Below, one piece after another: positions 44,537-61,968 of a stretch of DNA of 64,000 nt (position 1 is the stretch's first letter; each line of letters begins with the position of its first letter). The translations under genes were made by a program, and so were the position numbers. Under the pieces are notes generated by a model. It was not told the DNA's origin and made no database searches. It saw only the letters and a list, made by a program, of their open reading frames with translations. The stretch spans positions 96,001 to 160,000 of the forward strand of contig CM000434.1 in NCBI GenBank assembly GCA_000165345.1. Direction: 5' to 3'.

Positions 44537-47500
44537 ATGAAAGAGAACAATGATATATTTAAAGGAAAGAATATAGATGGGAAGATTTTGGTTCCATTGT
44601 CATTCCATAATTCAAAGAAAAGCAGGTAAGTAATTGGTTAATCTAAATTGAATAATATAATAAATAATTAATATACTTATATAATATATATATTTTTAGT
44701 TCACCAATATTAATATCTCAAGATTTATCAGAAAAGTTATTTAAAAAGTATGGCAATCAAGAAAATTATTTTGAAATTATTAGCCATTTGAATCCAGAGT
44801 GTGATGTTATTTATTTTCAGTTGAATAATAGAATTGTGACGGAAAATTTTAATATTGGAGGATTATCAGTTTTAGACTATGTGGTTAGAAGTTCAGGTAT
44901 ACCATTAATTAGACAAGAAGTAGAAATAAGAAAAGTTATATCAAAGAAAGATATTGAATTAACAATAGTTGAATTATCTTTGCCAGAAATACATATATCA
45001 CCAAGAGATTTATGGTATTATGAGAAATCTTTAGTTGGTAAAATACTTTATAATGGAATTTCACCACAAATTACTTATGAAATTAATCAATATTTACCAA
45101 TAAGTATTACAAGAATGGGAAATGAAAATGAAGAAAATAATATGAATAAAAAAATAATCATTTCAGGATTAGTTACAGATGATACTACATTCTTTATAAG
45201 ACCAAAGTCTGTAAGAATTATATTTATTGTGATTATTTCAAAAGAATTTTTTTGTTTTTCCAGTAATGGTTTTCCATGGTGGAGAGGAATTATTTCATTT
45301 TTCAAAGAATATTTAACATCAAATAAACAATCTATAGAGCATCATTATATTACAATACTTTTAGCATGGAAAGTTAAAGAAGAAACAAAAACTATGGATT
45401 ATTATCAAGTTTTTTGGGAGGGAGTTCTTTCTCATATTACATTAAGTCAAACAAGTATTAATAAATTTGTTGAGAAATTAAGAAATATAATGATTTCATT
45501 TCAAAAAAATCAGAATCTAATTAAGAGTTTAGTATCATATTGTGAATCAAATATTTTGGAATCTATTAATCTTGCAGTAACACAATTACAAAATGATTTA
45601 ATTGATGGATCTATTGTATGGACAGGAAGAAATATTAAAGTACTTAGTTCAGGTCCTCCAATTATTATAAGTGACTTAGAAAATTATCAAAGATTACTAA
45701 ATTTATCAAAAATCACAGAAGTTAGATTTCTAAAGACATCAATTACTTGTGATTTTATATCTTTCTCTGAGCTTAATTGGTATCATTTTTTAACTATATA
45801 TATAGTAAAAATAAAAAATAGTCTTTATCAAGAAACACTTAAAGAAATTAAATTAAAGATTCCAATAACAATTTCATATTACAAGATTAAAAATATATTT
45901 TATAATGATTATAATGGCAATTTCAACTTATCATCTACAATTACCTTGTTAGATGAATATATAGATGATAAGTTTTATTTTAAACAAAGTAAAATTCAAA
46001 TTGAAGATAATGAAAATGAAGATGATTGTGAAAGTGATATTGATTTAATTTTAAGTGGTAAAGATTTAGTGGTGAGAAATATATCAAGCTTTGTAAATAA
46101 AAAAGAAAGTTTTGAATATAGTTTGAGTGACTTTGATAATTTTTCTAAAGATCTTTCTTCAAATAATAAGCCTAAAGATTATCAGTATATAAATGAAATT
46201 GAATTATTAAGTCATTCACTTGGAACTTTATTATTGCCTTTAACTACAAGTAACTTAAGTAAAATTGATATTGAGAAAAATATTTCTAATTCAAAGGATT
46301 TAATATTAAGTGAGATTCAAAGAACATCAAATTGGACATTAACTCCCAGAAAAGAGTTGTTTCTGGCATATATTTGGAAAAATTATCGAATAAATAATCC
46401 AAAACTGATTAATTGTGATTTTATCGATTATTCAACATTTACTGATAAATCTGAAAATAAAGATATAAATATTGAGATTTTAAGATTAATATATTACGAA
46501 TTGATTGTACACAGAATGTCAATGTCTTTTCAAATTTCAACTTTCAAATCAAATAGTATTATAAGTCATTATAATTCAGAAAATATACAAATGTTAAAGT
46601 GCTATAATAGCTTAAGTAATAATATTATTCCAAATTATAATTGCATTCACCAATTAATTTTACTTAAAGAAGATAATAATATTTTAGTTGAAGTTATTGA
46701 TGCAATTATACAAGATAATAGTAATAACAGTACTAGCGCTGGAATTGGTATCAGTACAAGTACAAATACAAATATTAATACTGGTAATTGTACTAAAAAT
46801 GATAATATGAGCTCAAATTTGAATTCAAATATTATTAATAATAGCTCAAATAATAATGATAATGGTAATAACAAAAATGAAACATTTTCTATTGAAGTAA
46901 ATCAAGAAAATAATTCAGTACCATTTTATACATTTCTACCAAAATCTATTATTAATTCACAAGATATTAATGAAAATGAATTAAAAAATATAATAATTAA
47001 TTACAAATATGAATATTTTCTTTATAGAAGTAAAAACCATGACTACAATGATATAATTTCTGAAAAGCCGTTAAAAGGTAAATATATTAAATACTATACA
47101 ATTTTTAATAATTTNNCTAATGTTAACTTTAGTACAGNGGANGANATNNNNGTCTNGCAANGNGANATTCCTTTTATTAATGAACTCATAAATGAATCAT
47201 TTAATGAATTACTTAATTACAACTTTGACAAGAATAATTTGGATTATTATTATCTTTTAACATCATATATATCTGGCTTATCAATCAGTTACATTCACTT
47301 TGCATTTATTCCTTTTGTTAAAACTAATAATACTAGTACAAATATTATTAATTTCTACACCAATAAATCTGAACAAAATAAAAATGTTACTAATGATATT
47401 TTAAATTTTGATCAAGATAATAAATTTGAAATTTTAGATTGTTATTCAAATTATTACAAAGATTGTTGTTTGGCAAGTATTCTTAATAATTGGATTAAAA

Positions 47501-48264
47501 TTAATTCAGTAAATAATGATCAATTAAAGGAAATGGTTGATTATAATATTGGTAAGATTGATGATGAATGTTTAAATATGAAAAATTTAAAGAAGATTTC
47601 AGAAATTAATATCAAAAGTTTAATCAAATCATTAGAATCATTCTTTTTTAAAAATGCACCTTCAAATATTGATCATTCATTTAATATTGAAATTATGAAT
47701 GATCATAATTATTTGAAAAATGAAAGAAAATCTATAAAAATTTTATATTCTTGGTGTGAGACTTTTGAACATATTAAAGAAGAATATGAATCTGAATCAA
47801 AAGAAAAATACAGGGAAATTAATCTTAATTNTAACAATAATAACAATAATAATAATAATATTAATGTTAATCATAATGGTATTGATAATATTGATACCAA
47901 TAATTTTGAACCTATTAATTGGTTTGTAATATACTATGATTCTATATGGCATTCTCTTTTACCATTAAAATTTTCAATTGGGTGGTTAACTTGTCCATCA
48001 ATTCTAATTTCAAGAATTGTAAGAAAACTTAAATCAATTCTACTCAATTATAACTTTACATTAATGCAATTAAGATCATCTGATGTCTATTCATCATATG
48101 AAATTTTTCCAGACAACTCAATCTTATCATCATATACTCCATTAAATCCACCATATCTTATCAAATTCAAAAAATCTATTTCAAATAACACTTTGAAATT
48201 ATTACTTAAAAAATTTATATCTTTTCCACTTTCTTTACAACTTATATATTTNGNNCAAAGGTAA
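44537..48264 (+). CDS. large (about 1190 aa) protein of unknown function, two exons: join(44537..44625,44700..48264); contains N-derived X residues and ends next to an N-rich low-quality block
   Basis: Exon 1 ATG at 44537 (MKENNDIFKGKNIDGKILVPLSFHNSKKS) ends ...agcag followed by GTAAGT at 44626. A 74-nt AT-rich intron ends tttttag at 44699. Exon 2 continues in frame (phase 2) into the long ORF listed as 44788-48264, whose listed Met is actually an in-frame TTG Leu. No recognisable catalytic motif. Confidence 0.5.
44626..44699 (+). other. intron (GTAAGT...TTTTTAG, 74 nt)
   Basis: Canonical donor and polypyrimidine-AG acceptor. Splicing joins two in-frame coding segments. Confidence 0.5.
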
Positions 48265-49520
48265 TTCTATTTCAAGATTTTTTTCTTGNGGAATNCTCAT
48301 AGTATATATTCATTGGAATTAAATCAAAATGCTATATTGGTAAGAATTTAATTATTATCAATATTTTGGAAAAATCCATTTTCAATATGATTCATTTTCC
48401 TATACTTAAATGTCCTTGGTTCAAGTTCAATGTTTGATCCAAGTTGGAGAAATNATATATTTCATTTTCATTTNAAACATATCAAAATAATTGTCAAAAA
48501 CATGCATATTNACCGGTNAAATNACAATTACATGCAATTTTGGTTAAATGAAAGCCCGCCNTGTCTTGAAAAATATNACTATAGAATTAAATACAAAAAG
48601 GCAAAAATNNNCACAAAAAAAAAAAANGTTNTAATTAANGNAAAAATTTTGAATTTTGGTGATTTTTTTTGTGTGGAGATGGTAAAAAANAGTGAAAAAT
48701 ACGTTGATTAACTTTGATTAATGTAGAAAANAANTAGTGACACTTGGTAGCTTGGAAAGCATTAAATTAAAGCTTGGTAAGAATTNTTTNTGAGAAAATT
48801 AATGGAATTNAACAANGAAAATTTAATTTANAACTAANAGTCATTTTTGAATCANAAGATGATANAATATTNAAACTTATCACTGATTATATTCATTTAA
48901 TGAATAGAAGAGTATGTGGTNGAAATCAAAATAATAATGATACTAATTCTCTGNATATTATGTGATNCAATAATTCAAGAATGTGAAACAAAGAATGGTA
49001 AGAAGAAATTTACTGTATTATTATCAAAAAGTGAAGATTTGGAAATTATTTCAAATGAAATGGATTCACAAAATAATCAAGATACTGGTCTATTATATTA
49101 ATTGGAAAATAAGAGATAGAACAAAANCACTATGAATTAGTGGGATTATTATCTCAATCAATTATTTCTGAGTTTATTTTTCCAAACTCTATTCTACAAT
49201 ATTCAAATTCTAGATTATTTTTAACTTTATTATCATCCAATAATCAAGAATTAATATGGAGTTCTAATACTTTCTTAATGAATAATTTTATTAAATACAA
49301 GACAATTGATGAAGTAGAAAATAATCAAATAAATGATGATAATACAATGATATATTTAACTACTTTACAAAGTAATAATGGTAATAGTAATGGAAACCTT
49401 TTTATGTTTACAATGAATCAAAAAATAGAATAATCAATAAAAACCAAGTTAAGTTTTGAAGGTATTAAAAAATATAAAATTAAAGAGATTATTGAAAGAA
49501 GTATTAGATTACATAGATTA

Positions 49521-50318
49521 TTGGCTAAATATAGAAATCATTTGGAAAATTACCATTCTCTTAAATTAAAATGTGCTCATCAAAATAAATGGATTACTAA
49601 TGATAATAACAGTAATAATCAACCATTTCAATCCATTTTTCATTTTAATAATAATCAAATTAATAAAAATGAATCACAATTATTAAATAATAATGATCTA
49701 GATATTATTAATTTAAAGAAAAAACAAGAAAAAGAAAAAATTGATAATTATATTAAAGAATTTGAAAGTAAACATAATGAATTAATTGAATTAATTAATC
49801 AAAATAAAATGGATATTGAAAAAAATACTTATAATATTATTGAATTAAATAAAGAAATTAATATATATAGAAATGATTTAATAAATAAAATTTCATATTG
49901 TATATATCCAATTTCTATTGAAAAGAAAACTTCAAATTTCAAAATTAGAAATATGTTACTTCCATTAATTAATGTAATACAAAATTTGGATAATAAACAA
50001 GATTTGGAAATATCAACAACATTAGGATTTTCATTACATTATTTACAATTAATTTATAATATATTGGAATTACCTTGTTCAAATAATATTATTGTAAAAG
50101 GATCATTTTCTACTATTAATAATAATCCATTATATTCTTATCCTAATATGAATAAAAAACAAATTACTAAAGCATTAAAATTATATAAATCAATAATTTA
50201 TAATATACTCAATTATTTTAATGTTAATCATGCTAATTCAAAAAAGATATTATTTACAAATAATATATTACTTATGCTTTTAACAGTTACAAGTTATATG
50301 AAAAATTACCAAAACTAA
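49521..50318 (+). CDS. hypothetical Asn-rich coiled-coil protein (C-terminal 265 aa; probably the 3' part of a gene starting in the N-rich block 48770-49433)
   Basis: Uninterrupted ORF with heptad-like NELIELINQNKMDIEKNTYNIIELNKEINIYRNDLINK. Upstream ORFs 48774-49433 on the same strand carry many N-derived X residues, so the 5' structure cannot be resolved. Confidence 0.3.
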   Translation: MAKYRNHLENYHSLKLKCAHQNKWITNDNNSNNQPFQSIFHFNNNQINKNESQLLNNNDLDIINLKKKQEKEKIDNYIKEFESKHNELIELINQNKMDIEKNTYNIIELNKEINIYRNDLINKISYCIYPISIEKKTSNFKIRNMLLPLINVIQNLDNKQDLEISTTLGFSLHYLQLIYNILELPCSNNIIVKGSFSTINNNPLYSYPNMNKKQITKALKLYKSIIYNILNYFNVNHANSKKILFTNNILLMLLTVTSYMKNYQN

Positions 50319-50321
50319 TAA

Positions 50322-52321
<2,000 letters not shown>

Positions 52322-52563
52322 TTTTCTATTGCTTCTTTTCTTCTTTAATTACATATATAAATATTTTCTTTTAAATTAAAAAAAAAAAAAAAAAGATCAA
52401 CTTTTTAAATACAATATAATATATTGGTTTTGTTATAAGTAATAATTTACATTTTATTAATATTTTAAATGAATTATTTCTTGAATATTATAATATCTCG
52501 ACATATAATACATGTTTTAATATTTTTTTAATTTCCAAAAAAAATATTTTTTTTTTAAATAAA

Positions 52564-52584
52564 ATACGGTACCCGGTACCGTAT
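52564..52584. promoter_or_regulatory. 21-bp near-perfect palindrome atacggtacccggtaccgtat (two GGTACC cores) about 245 bp upstream of ATP synthase alpha start
   Basis: Read directly. Only the central base breaks the dyad symmetry. Followed by GC-rich gcccgcatgacacgcac. Confidence 0.35.
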
Positions 52585-52808
52585 TAATTAATAAATATGC
52601 CCGCATGACACGCACAATTTATATCTTGAGAAGAAATTTTTAATTTTAAGATTAAAAGCAAATGAGGTTTAAATAATAAAAAATAATGATAATAATAATA
52701 ATTATACTACTAACAATAAATAAATTTGACGTTATAATTAATTAAATGAAAATCGATAGACAAAATCTTGATAATTATTTGAATGGTAAATTTTATAAAT
52801 AATATAAA

Positions 52809-53834
52809 TTAAGATGATCCTTTCTGCTCTTCCTGATGAATTTTTTCAAAGTAAGGATGAGCCAAAGCTTCTCTTGGAAGAATTCTCTCAGCATGATCAT
52901 AAACTAGCATTTTATCAAGTAAATCTAAAACAACAGGATTAACAAGATGTTGATTTTCAGCATTGATAAATTTGCTCCATGGTTTTCTAGTATGTCTGCC
53001 AAGTAAATCATCAAAATAAGGTTCCAATTGTTTTTTATATTTAGCAAGATATTCAAATAAACCATCAGTACCTAAAACCCTAGCAATTTTAACAAGTTGA
53101 TCATTGTTATCAACTCCACAAAAGAATGGGTCCCTCTTAAAAATTAATCCAGCTAAAACGCATCCTAAACTCCAGATATCCAAAGAGTAATCATAATATT
53201 GAAAATCAATAAGTAATTCTGGTCCTTTATAGTATCTGCTAGCAACTCTTACGTTATAATCTTGTCTAGGATGATAAAATTCTGCTAAACCCCAATCAAT
53301 TAATCTTAATTCTTTCTTTTTTGGATCAATAATTACATTATGTGGTTTAACATCACGGTGCATAATACCTTGTGAATGACAAAAATCTAATGCTTTTAGA
53401 ATTTGATATATATAAAATCTTATATCATTATCATTAAATGTTGGAAATAAGCTTTTAAAATCAACATTATCAAGGCATTCAAATACAAGACTTATTGTAC
53501 CACTGCTTGGATCTTTTATTATGTCCAACAATTTTACAATATTTGGACCACCATGTAAATTATATAATATTTTTATTTCACGCTTAATTTTCTTTCTTTT
53601 AACCGGTCTAAGTACTTTAATTATTACCTTCTCATTTGTAATCACATTAATTCCTTCAAATACTTCACTGTATTTTCCTCTACCTACTTTTTTAATTATT
53701 TCATAGTTATTTGGGTTACTATATTCAATTTGAAAGCTTTCATAATCCCAATATTCACGAGGTTTATATATATTAACATCTGAATATAATCTTGGAAGTG
53801 GCCATTTATTAGCTGAATTACTATTGTTACTCAT
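52809..53834 (-). CDS. casK: casein kinase II (CK2) catalytic alpha subunit
   Basis: [82 protein letters not shown]...[33 protein letters not shown]...[16 protein letters not shown] is about 75% identical to human CSNK2A1, including the [12 protein letters not shown] basic cluster and the DWG variant of DFG. Confidence 0.92.
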   Translation of the reverse strand: MSNNSNSANKWPLPRLYSDVNIYKPREYWDYESFQIEYSNPNNYEIIKKVGRGKYSEVFEGINVITNEKVIIKVLRPVKRKKIKREIKILYNLHGGPNIVKLLDIIKDPSSGTISLVFECLDNVDFKSLFPTFNDNDIRFYIYQILKALDFCHSQGIMHRDVKPHNVIIDPKKKELRLIDWGLAEFYHPRQDYNVRVASRYYKGPELLIDFQYYDYSLDIWSLGCVLAGLIFKRDPFFCGVDNNDQLVKIARVLGTDGLFEYLAKYKKQLEPYFDDLLGRHTRKPWSKFINAENQHLVNPVVLDLLDKMLVYDHAERILPREALAHPYFEKIHQEEQKGSS

Positions 53835-54630
53835 TTTTTTCTTTAATTATTAAACTTTTTTTAATGATTAAAAAAAAAATAATAATAAAATATTTTCTTC
53901 AAATATTATATCTTTCTCTTGATGCTTCAAAAACCTGAGAGTTTACTTGGCTTTCAACTCCTTGCATTTACTAGAGTAGATCTCTTTTCTCACTCTATTT
54001 TCCTATTAACAATTTTCAATTAAAATTCCAGATTCTAAATTAATTTTCTTCCTTCTCTTTTATTCTTTATTTTAATTTATCAATTCTGATAAATATCAAG
54101 TCTCATCATTTGGCGCCAAATCAACGGCGGGTTTCAAATAATTAAAAAAAATTTAATTGTTGACTTTTATTATTAATGTTAAATGGATTAATTATTATTT
54201 TTTTTTTTATTAATGAAAAAAATCTACATTCTTATTATTCATATATAGCTACTTTTAAATTGTTGAATTAATTAATTTTATCATTTTATTATTGCATTCA
54301 ATTTCTTAATGTATTATTACCAATAAATTACTCAAATTAATATTAACATTAATTTTCTCTTTCCTTTATTAATAGATATTGGATAGTAATAATAAGAATT
54401 ATTGTTTATTATTACTATTATTCATGATATTAGAAATTAAAATGTAAATATATAGATATATACATGGAAAAATGCCAAATTATATCGCCATAATTTGCAG
54501 TTTATATTTACAATATTATATTAAATTTAATGCTATACTATTTTTTTTAGGACTAATTTAGATGTAACATTTTAATGCATGTAATTATTTCTTGTGTGCA
54601 AATATTAAAATTAGTAATTTTTATGTGGAC

Positions 54631-54640
54631 ATACCGGTAT
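54631..54640. promoter_or_regulatory. ATACCGGTAT motif directly abutting atgtggac (54624-54631) in casK / SFT2 divergent intergenic region
   Basis: Read directly. Confidence 0.3.
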
Positions 54641-55373
54641 ATAAAAATAAAAATTGCATTACGTGTAAAGTGCATGTAGATAAGTTCAAAAATAATAAAA
54701 AAGGGGGGAGAAAATAATTTTCATAAGAATAATTTTATAATAATGAAATTCTTTATTAAACAGGAGCATTAAAAAAATCTTCTATTCTTTTTTAAGTAAA
54801 ATCAGAATATATTATAAAAATAAAATCAGTCATTGTTAAGAAATAAAGAATTTTATATTTTTGTGTGGTAATATTAATTAAGAATATTTAAAGCAAATCA
54901 ATCATTTTCAGAGAAACAAATTAACAATTTTTACATTTTAATTATAAGCTAAATCAATTTAAATTTGTAATAATATATATATTGAAAATTAATATTAATA
55001 TTAAAAAATATATATATATATTATTAGATGATTATTGCGAATCAATATTTTAAAAAAAAAAAATTAATATTACACAAAACGGCGGGCAAATTATTTGATT
55101 TATTGCAAGCGGGTGACATTAAATTATTTAAGAAGAAAAAAATAATTAAAAGTATTTAAGCCGAACAACAAATAAGTGTAAGAAAAAAAATCTTATTATT
55201 AGATTTTTGGAAGTATAAATACATAAATAAAAGCATATTTTCATAAATTCATTCATTCAAATTCATTATCAACTATATTAAGAATTTCTAAGCTTTATTT
55301 GAAAATATATTGGGTAGTAATATTTGCAAAAATCACAAGGTTAAAATAGAATTGTAGAAAGAATCAACTAAAA

Positions 55374-55910
55374 ATGATGCTAGCAAAGATAACAACAGAA
55401 TCAGCAAAAAATGTTATTTATAAGGCTCAACAGAAAGTTCAAGATACTACAGAAACATTGAATCCACAAAAAATATTAACATTTCTATTATGTATGGGAA
55501 CATCAATATTATTTTTATCTTTATCATTTATGTTCTTACCAATAATTGTGGTCTCGCCTCATAAATTTGCGATTTTATTTACATTTGGTTCATTTTTCTT
55601 TATGGCAAGTTTTGCAGTATTAAAAGGACTTGGTGGATTTTTTAAATATATGGTAGAAAAAGAAAGATTACCTTTTTCATTTGTTTATATTTCAAGCCTA
55701 TCATTAACATTATATGCAACATTATTCTTAAAGAGTTACTTATTAACATTATTATTCTCATTGGTACAAATTATTGCATTAGTTTCATTCTTAATAACAA
55801 ATTTCCCAGGTGGATACAGTGCATTGAATTATGTAAGTAACAATCTATTTTCAGGATTGGCAAGCAAGTTATCATTTTCATCTGGTAAAAATACTCCATT
55901 ACCTATTTAA
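55374..55910 (+). CDS. SFT2-domain vesicle transport protein (4-TM, Got1/Sft2 family)
   Basis: FLLCMGTSILFLSL...KFAILFTFGSFFFMASFAVLKGLGGFFKYMVEKERLPFSFVYISSLSLTLYATLFLKSYLLTLLFSLVQIIALVSFLITNFP aligns with human SFT2D2 (FIACFAIGILCSLL...[54 protein letters not shown]...LIFCILQSLALTWYSLSFIP). Confidence 0.65.
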   Translation: MMLAKITTESAKNVIYKAQQKVQDTTETLNPQKILTFLLCMGTSILFLSLSFMFLPIIVVSPHKFAILFTFGSFFFMASFAVLKGLGGFFKYMVEKERLPFSFVYISSLSLTLYATLFLKSYLLTLLFSLVQIIALVSFLITNFPGGYSALNYVSNNLFSGLASKLSFSSGKNTPLPI

Positions 55911-55936
55911 ATTTAACAAAATTAACAATAATATAT

Positions 55937-58681
55937 TTATTCATAACTATTAAAGCTAGAAGATGTATCAGAAGAGTAAGAAGAATCTGATGAATTGTTG
56001 ATATATATACTGGAAAGTGATATGAATCCTGGCTCATGATGCAATAGTGGGGATTTTCCATTGTTATTGTTTTTTATTAAATTTTCATTACCACAATAAC
56101 TAATACTATTGCTACTACAACTGTTGTTGTTATAATTATTATCGTCATTTTTTTTATCATCTGAATTAGTAACAATAAAAGTTTCATTTGATTCAGTTGC
56201 TGAAATATATATTGACTCAAATGTTGAGCAATTCGAATTCTTTAATGAACTTTTCAAATCAGAATCAGATTCAGATTCAGATTCAGAAATTCCATTTTTT
56301 TCAAAATCATCATTAATATCATGATTATTATTATTTCCAGTATATTTAATATTCATTAATTCATCATTTCCATTCAAGTCTTTCAAGTTTATTAATTCTG
56401 GAAGCCAAATATTGCATTTATTAATATTTGGTCTTCCAATTATGGAAAAATTATATTTCTCAACTATATCGTTCGAGTCAATACTTCTATTATTTGAAAT
56501 TAAATCATTAATTGACTTTACTTGATCAAAATATTCATTAATCCAATTCTGGATCTCTTTAATAACGTCTTTAAAAAGATTTGGATCGCCTTCTTGAGAT
56601 TTTATATCATTACCTAATTTGTATAATATATTATAAATTGGATATTTACAAGCTTGATTATTTTTTGACAATGTTAAAATAATCATTTTTATGGATATTT
56701 CTTTATTATTAATATTAATAATAACTTTCTGTTCAGATTTATCTCTTAATATTTTAATGGCTCTTCTATATTCTTTTCTATGAATCAGAATATTAATCAA
56801 GATCTTGATATTATTCATTCTATGAGCAGTATCCATACAAATTTGTTCCAACCAAGATATATTCTTTAATTTGAAATATTTTGAAGCTTGATTAATACCA
56901 TTTTCATCCAAAACTTTGCTATTAAATCTAACATGTCCTTCTTGGTTTGTTTTGGTTGATGGTAATTCATCTTTATTTCTATTAAATAAGTATAATTTAT
57001 AAAGCTCCCTCAAGATCTTATTAGAATCTTCAAATATATGGTATTGCAATACGTATTGTAAAAGTGATTCTCTTTTTGTATGAAAAATTAATATAAGAAG
57101 AATATTATAATATTCTTGGTTGATTTTCAATTTCATATCAACTTTAATTTTAATTATTTCCATCAATATTGTAAAGACTTTTGGACAAGGTTTCGCTGAA
57201 ATATCATTACTATCATTATCATTATCATTATTGTTAATTTCTTGATTAACAAGTGATTTTAACTTTTCTAAAAGTATACTATCCCATAAAATATTTCTAT
57301 TGGAAATAAATGGCAATATATCCATCTTTTCAATACTTAATATGTTTTCAATTAATAATTCGTCGCAAAAATTCAGTCTTGAATATTGAATCTTGTTAAT
57401 ATCCAACTTTATTACTATATTACAAGATGAATTAACAAGAAGTATATGATAATTGTTCAAATGTTGGTTTTTTATCTTTTTTAAAGATTTCATATACATA
57501 TCATTTTTATTATTATCATATAAACAAATTATTGTATTATCATTCAATTCATCATTAAATAATGTTGGTACCATATAAAAATGACCTATATTATTATCAG
57601 TTTCAAGTTTTTTATCTTGGTCAGAATTTGAATTAATACTTTTTGAAAAATTCTTGTTATTATTTTTAACAAGTTTAATATCAAAAAGACCAAATACTTT
57701 TTTTCCATGAAGATTTATTACGACAATTACGTTATCAATAACCAGTAATGTAAATTCTTGAAAATCTTCTCCAATATCTAAAACAAGATCAGAAGATTCA
57801 TGATTAAATAAATCTCTAAGTGATATTCTTTTATTGCTAGAATCAACATGAACACAATAAAGATTTTGATAAATATTTAAGAGAAATATATCTTGTTGTC
57901 TAATTTCAGCATTTAAAATAAGTTCTAAAGGTTGAAGTTTAATAGGTTTTTGTTGTTGATTCATACCAATATTAATATAAGGTGTGAGTATATTTGATCC
58001 AGTTTGTAATAAAATTGACTGAAATTCCATATTATACCAAAATTGAAGATTATTTTCATGAATTTGCCATATTGGATGAATACCATGTTCTTTTAAAGAA
58101 AATAATATTAATTTAGAATTGGTAATCATTAGAATTGAAGGATAATATTGTTCATTACATATTGAAGATGATTGATTTGATGAATCTTCCCACCATATAA
58201 CTCCTCTTAGAATTTGATTATTTTCTATATGGATTTTAGTCTCAATATAATCCACTTCATTCCATTTATAATTATTATCAATTTGTTTTTCCAGATTAAT
58301 TTTCCTAAGTACTAATAATTTGTGATTGCTTCTAGTATTTTTAACATTATCATCTTGTTGAATATATGCTAAAAATACAATATAATTATTTGTTTCTTCT
58401 CTTGTATTTATATACATGATAAGATGTGAAGGCTTGCATGAGAATTCTAATTCATATAATTTAGGTAGTTGATATTCAAACATTTCATTGGAATTAATTC
58501 TTAATAAACTATTATTTAATTTATTATATATAAGTGTATCTCCTTCATTTGTTGAATTAAAATAAATAAATTGTGATTCAATTAGTAAATCTTGATTAAT
58601 ATCAAGTTTTTCTTCTTTTTCAAACTTGTTTAACTCATCTTGATTAATTTGCAAATATCCAAATTTCGATACTTTATCCAT
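55937..58681 (-). CDS. RMC1/Mic1 (regulator of MON1-CCZ1, C18orf8-like) homolog with Asn/Ser-rich C-terminal tail
   Basis: NVIVVINLHGKKVFGLFDIKL matches human RMC1 NLVVVHHQDTETSVIFDIKL. VLQYHIFEDSNKILRELYKLY matches FLQYHVLSDSKPLACLLLSL. KVFTILMEIIKIKVD matches HKFVIAVLMEYIRSLN. Overall predicted beta-propeller-like N-terminus plus alpha-helical C-terminus. Confidence 0.5.
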   Translation of the reverse strand: MDKVSKFGYLQINQDELNKFEKEEKLDINQDLLIESQFIYFNSTNEGDTLIYNKLNNSLLRINSNEMFEYQLPKLYELEFSCKPSHLIMYINTREETNNYIVFLAYIQQDDNVKNTRSNHKLLVLRKINLEKQIDNNYKWNEVDYIETKIHIENNQILRGVIWWEDSSNQSSSICNEQYYPSILMITNSKLILFSLKEHGIHPIWQIHENNLQFWYNMEFQSILLQTGSNILTPYINIGMNQQQKPIKLQPLELILNAEIRQQDIFLLNIYQNLYCVHVDSSNKRISLRDLFNHESSDLVLDIGEDFQEFTLLVIDNVIVVINLHGKKVFGLFDIKLVKNNNKNFSKSINSNSDQDKKLETDNNIGHFYMVPTLFNDELNDNTIICLYDNNKNDMYMKSLKKIKNQHLNNYHILLVNSSCNIVIKLDINKIQYSRLNFCDELLIENILSIEKMDILPFISNRNILWDSILLEKLKSLVNQEINNNDNDNDSNDISAKPCPKVFTILMEIIKIKVDMKLKINQEYYNILLILIFHTKRESLLQYVLQYHIFEDSNKILRELYKLYLFNRNKDELPSTKTNQEGHVRFNSKVLDENGINQASKYFKLKNISWLEQICMDTAHRMNNIKILINILIHRKEYRRAIKILRDKSEQKVIININNKEISIKMIILTLSKNNQACKYPIYNILYKLGNDIKSQEGDPNLFKDVIKEIQNWINEYFDQVKSINDLISNNRSIDSNDIVEKYNFSIIGRPNINKCNIWLPELINLKDLNGNDELMNIKYTGNNNNHDINDDFEKNGISESESESDSDLKSSLKNSNCSTFESIYISATESNETFIVTNSDDKKNDDNNYNNNSCSSNSISYCGNENLIKNNNNGKSPLLHHEPGFISLSSIYINNSSDSSYSSDTSSSFNSYE

Positions 58682-59214
58682 TTTCTTCTATTTTTCTCTG
58701 GTTATTTAATTTGATAGTTATTATTTTTTTCAGTATAAATGGATAGAGTGTGTCAATTCAATATATTGATACTTGTTTCTTTCTTTATTATTAATCCCAA
58801 TTATTTTTTTTTAATTATTTAAATCTTAACATAATTAATTTTCAATATTCATTAATCTTACACATTTATTATTACATACATATTTTAATATTGTTGTATT
58901 TCCCGCCAAAATAACTCCTTTTTTTCTTCCTTTTCTTCCCATAATTTTATTTATATCATCCCCTCTTTTTTCTTTTATTTTTCTTCCTTATTTTTCTTTT
59001 TATTCTTTTTTTCTTCTTCTTCTTAATTGTAATATATAATTTACATGTTACTATTTAAATTTATTTATATATTTGTAAAAACAAACAATCAAAAAGAAAT
59101 AACGATATTTACTTGGATTTGTTTGTTTGATTTGTGTGTCATGTGCGCCCTTTAAGTAATCCTTGACCACATGCTCTTTTATTTTGCATTCCGAAGCAAT
59201 TACCGCGCGCGGGA

Positions 59215-59225
59215 ATACCGGTACC
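59215..59225. promoter_or_regulatory. ATACCGGTACC (ACCGGT overlapping GGTACC) preceded by cgcgcgcggg, upstream of RMC1-like gene
   Basis: Read directly. A GC-rich 25-nt island in AT-rich DNA. Confidence 0.3.
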
Positions 59226-59301
59226 TTATAAATAAATAGAATTACATGGAAAAATTTGTGAGAAAATAAATAATTTAAAAAAAAAAATCTAGGTTTAAAC
59301 T

Positions 59302-61911
<2,610 letters not shown>

Positions 61912-61968
61912 AATTTAAGAATTTTATTTATAACCACCAAAAAAATATTATTATTTTTTAAATATAGG

